Source: Octopus vulgaris (lineage: Eukaryota). From it: a stretch of DNA of 64,000 bases. The position numbers and the translations under genes are program-made. Under the pieces are notes generated by a model, which saw only the letters and a program-made list of their open reading frames with translations, searched no databases and was not told the origin of the DNA. This document shows, in pieces, positions 57,544 to 64,000 of the stretch (its first letter is position 1; every line of letters starts with the position of its first letter). The stretch spans positions 52,018,001 through 52,082,000 of the forward strand of contig OX597828.1 in assembly GCA_951406725.2 (NCBI GenBank), in the 5' to 3' direction.

Positions 57544-58018
57544 CATATATACATCTGTATATGTGTGTATATGCATGTATTTATATTTGTATGAACAGGT
57601 GCGTGCACACACACACACATAAATACAGAGAGAGAGGAGGGAGAGATTTGAAAAGAGAGAGAGAGAGAGATCGTGGGAGAGTAAGTGTGAAAGAAAACAT
57701 AAAAAAAGATTGTTTTGCTCAAATAGGAGCGATAACAATAACCACTAGGTATTTTATAGAACAAGAAGTGTCAATTAATTATTCTTTAATCAATGGATCA
57801 ATCATTCATTTAATATCTTAGTCTTTCATTCCATTCTCTTGACCTGTATTGATTTATCACTTTCTATTATTTTTTACTTTTCGGAGCTTTTTTTCTCTCT
57901 CTTTTTGGTATTTTTTCTTTATCTTTTCTGCTTCGATCGACACTTTTGTTTCATGTTCAGAAGCAATCACACGCACAAATACACGGATATTTTATTTCGC
58001 AAGCTAGCTAGTTTCCGC

Positions 58019-58095
<77 letters not shown>

Positions 58096-58295
58096 CCTCT
58101 CTTTCTCCACACACATACACACACAAACTCCACACTCATACACGCATATATATATATATATATATATACATATATATATACATACATATATATACATATA
58201 TACATATATATACATATATATATATATACATATATATACATACAAATATATACATATATATATATATACATATATACATATATATACACATATAT

Positions 58296-58348
<53 letters not shown>

Positions 58349-58421
58349 TATATGCATATATATATACATATATATATACATATATATATACAAATACATA
58401 TATATAATATAAATACATATA

Positions 58422-58492
<71 letters not shown>

Positions 58493-58911
58493 TATATATA
58501 TATTTATATATATGTTTATTTATTTATATATGCATACATACGTGGCAGCGGATGGTGGTTTCACACTGGTGTGAAGTGCAATTCAGCGAAAGCGGTGTTC
58601 AATATCGTTCGGCAGATCGATAATAGTTAAGAACTGTTCGTGAGAAAAGACATCCCTGCATCATATGTTCACATGTGACAGTGTTTCTCAGCCCCTTTTT
58701 TTGCATACGGACCGCTTTGATTCCCATTTATTTCCATTGGACCTCCATAACCATTCCTTGTTTAAAAAAAAACAGAACGTCAAACTATTTTGTTTGTTGT
58801 AGATGTGTAAACAATTTATTACACAAAAGCTTTAACAACAAAATCTTAAATGGACATTCAAGGTTCATCTGGACCTCGGGTGAGAACCACTAGCATATGG
58901 GCATAGATATA

Positions 58912-59200
58912 TCACGTGATCACGTGACCGACCAGGCTATCAGATGTTGCTACATATCGCTGGTCACAATGCGCTTCGCATTGTTTTAGCCTTCAAATGA
59001 CGCCACCCCGCTGGCTTAGCGAGCAGGCCAACAGAAGAAAGAGTAGGAGAAATTTGTGGCGAAAGAGTACAACAGGGGTCGCCACCACCCGCTGCCGGAG
59101 CATCGTGGAGCTTTATGAGTTTTCGCTCAATAAACACAAGCAACGCCCGGTCTGGGAATCGAAACCGCGATCCTCCGACCACTGGGCTATTGCACCTCCA
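58912..59200 (-). mobile_element. SINE-C head with alternative tail
   Basis: 59040-59200 matches family C; 58912-59030 matches the tail of 12359-12475. Confidence 0.85.
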
Positions 59201-59203
59201 CGC

Positions 59204-59246
<43 letters not shown>

Positions 59247-59249
<3 letters not shown>

Positions 59250-59476
59250 GCGGCGAGCTGGCAGAAACGTTAGCACGCTGGGCGAAATGCGTACCCGTAT
59301 TTCGTCTGCCGCGACGTTCTGAGTTCAAATTCCGCCGAGGTCGACTTTGCCTTTCATCCTATCGGGGTCGATAAATTAAGTACCAGTTACGCACTGGGGT
59401 CGATGTAATCGACTTAATTCGTTTGTCTGTCCTTCTTTGTCCTCTGTGTGTAGCCCCTTGTGGGTAAAAAAGAAAC
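59247..59476 (+). mobile_element. Full-length SINE family B in (TA)n
   Basis: Complete family B sequence. Confidence 0.92.
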
Positions 59477-59774
59477 ATATATATATATATATATATTATA
59501 CAAAATGGGACAAGAACGCAAAACATACGGACAATTAGGTGATACAAAAAGGGACAACAAAACATCCTGAGAGACGATACAATGAAAACAAGGACGGGTC
59601 TTTCGAAGTTTTCTTTCATCAGTCAAGTACCAGATTATCTTCGCAATGTGTGTGCGCGTGTGTGCGTATGTATGTATGTGTAAATACATGTACATATATT
59701 CACGCCCATACACACATACACGCGCACACGCACAAACACACACGCACGCACACACATACACACAGATATATATA

Positions 59775-60190
59775 GACGCAGGCGTGGCTGTGTGGTAAGA
59801 AGCTTGCTTTCTAACCATATGTTTCCGGGTTCAATCCCACTGCATGGCACCTTGGACTAGTGTCTTCTACTACAACATTCGTGCGGACCAAAGACCTGTG
59901 AGTGGATATTGTAGACATATATATATATATGTATGTATGTATGTATGTATGCATGCATGTATGTATGTCTGAGTGTGTGTTTGTGTGTCTGTGTTTGTCC
60001 CCCACTTTTGACAACCGATGTTGGTATGTTTACGTTCTCGTAACTGAGCAGGTCAGCAGAATAGACCGATAGAATAAGTACTAGGCTTACAAACAATAAG
60101 TCCTGGGGTCGATTTGCTCGACTGAAGGCGGTGTTCCAGCATGGCCACAATCAAATGACTGAAACAAGTAAAAGAGTAAAAGAGTAAAAA
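59775..60190 (+). mobile_element. SINE family A
   Basis: Family A homology. Confidence 0.88.
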
Positions 60191-61019
60191 GGAGAAAGAT
60201 TAAAGAATTACTGCGAGTTACATTTGGATAAATAACGGCTCTGTTTCTACGCTCTGACGAAGCAGATGAAATCTTACCAGAACTGACACCTAAATCTCTT
60301 CCCCTCTGCGTAGTTGCGAGTGACTTGATATCTGATCGTGTGTAATTTTCTAAAGAATTATATAATTTACTTAAGCTCCCTCTAGCAGATGGCAGTAAAA
60401 CAAAATATTTATATAATACATCCTGAATATCGATAAAATAAAGCGTAGCAACATTCAAGAACTCAGAAAGGCGTATTTTTCAAAGGCGTATTTTTCAAAG
60501 GCATAATCAAAAGATGAAGAGCAACGTCCGTGAACATTTCCTGGACTTCTATGACTAGCTGAAGTAAGGGAGAATATTTTCTTCAGTCCTGAGACATGGT
60601 CCAAATGTCTACAACAAAACAGACTCCGTTCAATGTATCCAAGAACCAGGCTGTTCTTCGGAATCACCAGATAAACTCAGCCTGTCACCCCAAAACTAAC
60701 TAGGTTTAAGCGACAGAGCTCAACTCTTGTAGTCTCTGCCTCTTAGAATTATACACAGAAGGATTTTTTCGGCCTATACACAGCGAAACTGAATTCACAA
60801 AATGTCGTAACCAATCATTCACACATAGGTCCATATAAAGTATCAGCGAGAAATTGCCGTCAAATATCCCCTAATTATTACAAAGTGATATTTAGAAAAA
60901 AAATGGAAAGCTATAATGGATTATATAATCGCAGCTGTCTGCATAAAATACAAGCTGTCTTCGGTTAAATGCCTTACAATATGCCAATTCAAATATATCT
61001 GGAATATAAAGGTTTATAA

Positions 61020-61207
61020 TCCTTTCTACTATAGGTACGAGGCCTGAAATTTTGGGACGGGATATTATATTATATCGACTGGTGCTTATTTCATTTATAC
61101 CGAAAGGATGAAAGTGAAAACCGACTCCAACAGAATTTCAACTTAAGAACGGACAAGATACTGCTATTTTCCCCAGCGAGCTAATGATTCTGTCAGCTCG
61201 CTGCCTT
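61020..61207 (-). mobile_element. Diverged SINE family B
   Basis: CCGAAAGGATGAAAG core and GCTAATGATTCTGTCAGCTCGCTGCC head. Confidence 0.75.
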
Positions 61208-61252
61208 TACAAATGTTTATGATATTAACAGTTATAAGGTAGATTGGTCTAT

Positions 61253-61615
61253 GTGAAGGTGCAATGGCCTAGTGGTTAGGGCAGCGAACTCGCGGTCGTG
61301 GGATCGCGGTTTCGATTCCCAGACCGAGTATTGTGAGTGTTTATTGAAGGCAAACACCTAGAATCTCTGCGAGGCTCCGGTAGGGTGTGGTGGCGAACTC
61401 GGCTGTACTCTTTCACCACAACTTTCTCTCACTCTCTTTTCCTGTTTCTGTTGTACCTGCATTTCAAAGGACCAGCCTTGTCACACATTGAATCATGCTA
61501 AATCTCTCCGAGAACTATGCTAAGGGTACACGTGTCTGTGGAGTGCTCAGGCTGTTCCGTTCCGTTGAGCGAATCAACTGGAGCCCTCATCGTCGTAACC
61601 GACGGAGTGCCACAA
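61253..61615 (+). mobile_element. Diverged SINE family C
   Basis: Family C homology with a small deletion near the tail. Confidence 0.88.
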
Positions 61616-62336
61616 CGACGCCATTGGTCTTTTATAAGACACTTGTCTACCTACATTATTGTTCCTAGGCAGAACATTTTATTTCTGTGCATAATATTTT
61701 ATTTCAGCCTTTAACAGTTAAAATAAAACATGTTAGTACTTGGTAAACTTTTGCAAGACATTTCTATTACTATTTATTGAGGCCTGCCCTACCAATGAGA
61801 GCGCGAAATTAATTTATTTCCGACATAACGGATTTTCCCAACTTTGAAAGATGCTACTCCTTTTCAAAAGCTATTCTTTTGCGCCTCATCCAAAAGATTT
61901 TATCAACAAAAAGAACCATTCTCGGTCGTCTGATTTTTTTCTTTCTTTCTGTAAATGGCAATGAAGATAAAAAAAAAAAATCCCGTGTTTTCTAACAGAG
62001 GAAATTGTCATGATTTTCCGTAAATGTTATGAATAATTCTCAACGAAATGCGTTTTTCTACGGAAAATTTAAACAACCAATCAAACCGTAGTTGAAGTCA
62101 ATGGCGATTTCATTAAATAGATTTACTATTTAGTATTTCAAGATTTTATGTAATTTCTTTAAAAATATATCTGTTAAAATGAGATGTTATTTTCAATTTT
62201 GCGAAATTATGACGACAGTTTATTCACCGCAGACTGCATTTTCCCAAACTCGTATATACATGCCCTTTATGCTGCACTTTGTGTAACCTTTATCTTATGC
62301 AATAGTAGTGGCAACAGCAGCAGCAAAAGCAGCACC

Positions 62337-62393
<57 letters not shown>

Positions 62394-62671
62394 TGTTGTT
62401 GTTGTTGTTGTATATACCTAACGCTTTGTTCATCTCATGTCTGCAACTTGTAAGTCTTTCGGCTGGAGGACAGCACAACATAACATCCGCTATCGCTTTT
62501 AATGGGATTATGATATGCACACACAAACACACACACTCACACACACACAGAAACATGTATAGATATACATACAGATATATATACATACATGTATATATAT
62601 GTATATATATATATGCATATATAAACACACTCACATATATATGTATATATGTATATATATATATATACATA

Positions 62672-62737
<66 letters not shown>

Positions 62738-62741
62738 CATA

Positions 62742-62778
<37 letters not shown>

Positions 62779-62789
62779 TGTATATATTA

Positions 62790-62857
<68 letters not shown>

Positions 62858-63247
62858 TATGTATGTGTGTGTGTATATATGTGTATACATTTTCGTGAGT
62901 AAATGTGCGTGGTAGTAACTGAGAGAAAACAAACTTGGTACCAGTTCTAATAGGATTGAGTGCTATTCGAACGCATTAAAGGTTTGTTACGCAGCTTTTT
63001 AATGGGGTTGGGGTGGAATAATAACCGCATCAAACAAAAACGTGTATTTCGAATTCTTATTTGTTATCAGTATCAGATACTAAAAGAGAAGTAACTTTGC
63101 ACTCACTAAGGGACAAATCTTCTGTTTTAAACATATCAATCAAAATTATTGAATGGTGGCGCACATACAGAGTAGTAATACCTTTAGATCTTACTGGTGG
63201 TTGTGGTAGTGAGAACTAATTAATTTGGTCAGCTTTGAAAAGTTTAT

Positions 63248-63535
63248 ATTCTTCTACTCTAGCTTCGGGCCCACCAAAGCCTTGTGAGTGAATTTGGTAG
63301 ACGGAAACTGAAAGAAGCCCGTCGCATATATTTATGTGTATGTGCGTGTGTTTGTGTCGCTTGACAACCGATGCTGTGTTTAACGTCCCCGTTACTTAGC
63401 GGTTCGGCAATAAGAGACCGATAGAATAAGTACTAGGCTTACAAAGAATACGTCCTGGGGGTCGATTTCTCGACTAAAAGCTGTGCCCCAACATGGCCAC
63501 AGTCAAATGACTGAAACAAGTAAAAGAATAAAAGA
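63248..63535 (+). mobile_element. 5'-truncated SINE family A
   Basis: Family A body and tail. Confidence 0.88.
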
Positions 63536-63540
63536 ATATA

Positions 63541-63600
<60 letters not shown>

Positions 63601-63615
63601 CATATGCATATACAT

Positions 63616-63703
<88 letters not shown>

Positions 63704-64000
63704 ATGTGTGTGTATGTATATATACATACTTGTATACGTACATACATACATACATACGTACAAACGCATGTTCTACGTTCTCGTTTATTATCTTCGAATC
63801 GAAAATTAAGTGTTAACGATTGCCTGCGGTTCAAATATTTAAAAATTTATACATAGTAAATAAAAAATAAGCATTACAAAAAATATATATATAAGAAATA
63901 TAAAATATTAATATGATCCCCACCCCACTCGCACCGCTCGTCAGTCCTTCCCCGTTTTTTCTTTAACTTTCTTTTTAATCCCTCTTCTTCTCCTCTCTCA

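Noticed and set aside
60255-60280. CTGACGA-AGCAGAT-GAAA
   Set aside because: Core words only; helices unsupported.
60378-60710. CTCF-like motif CTAGCAGATGGCAGT and a weak LINE-like peptide (LRHGPNVYNK)
   Set aside because: Single short motif matches are expected by chance in 64 kb; not enough to call.

Overview
Eukaryotic, AT-rich, repeat-dominated sequence with no host protein-coding exon, rRNA or true tRNA gene that I can support. Every long ORF in the track is a microsatellite read-through. The dense TA/TATG/AAT microsatellites and three abundant tRNA-derived SINE families look like an octopod cephalopod intron or intergenic region (inference from repeat types). Contents: about 50 SINE copies in three families (A: CORE-like; B: Nin-like domain; C: tRNA-Arg-like head); four clusters of R4/Dong-type non-LTR retrotransposon fragments embedded in (TAA)n; decayed piggyBac, pogo and Tc1/mariner transposons; Helitron/Helentron-type non-autonomous elements; a 1.8 kb (TATG)n array and a 3 kb (AAT)n array. 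The most interesting signals are RNA-level. (1) An ORF-less ~563-bp terminally redundant Penelope/retrozyme-like unit carries a type I hammerhead ribozyme (16663-17449). (2) A neighbouring minus-strand minimal hammerhead has the compensatory U3-A8 core. (3) A possible non-circularly permuted hammerhead lies at 56425-56490. (4) A ~555-bp non-coding element is always co-oriented with R4/Dong copies inside TAA repeats and is a candidate non-autonomous partner.
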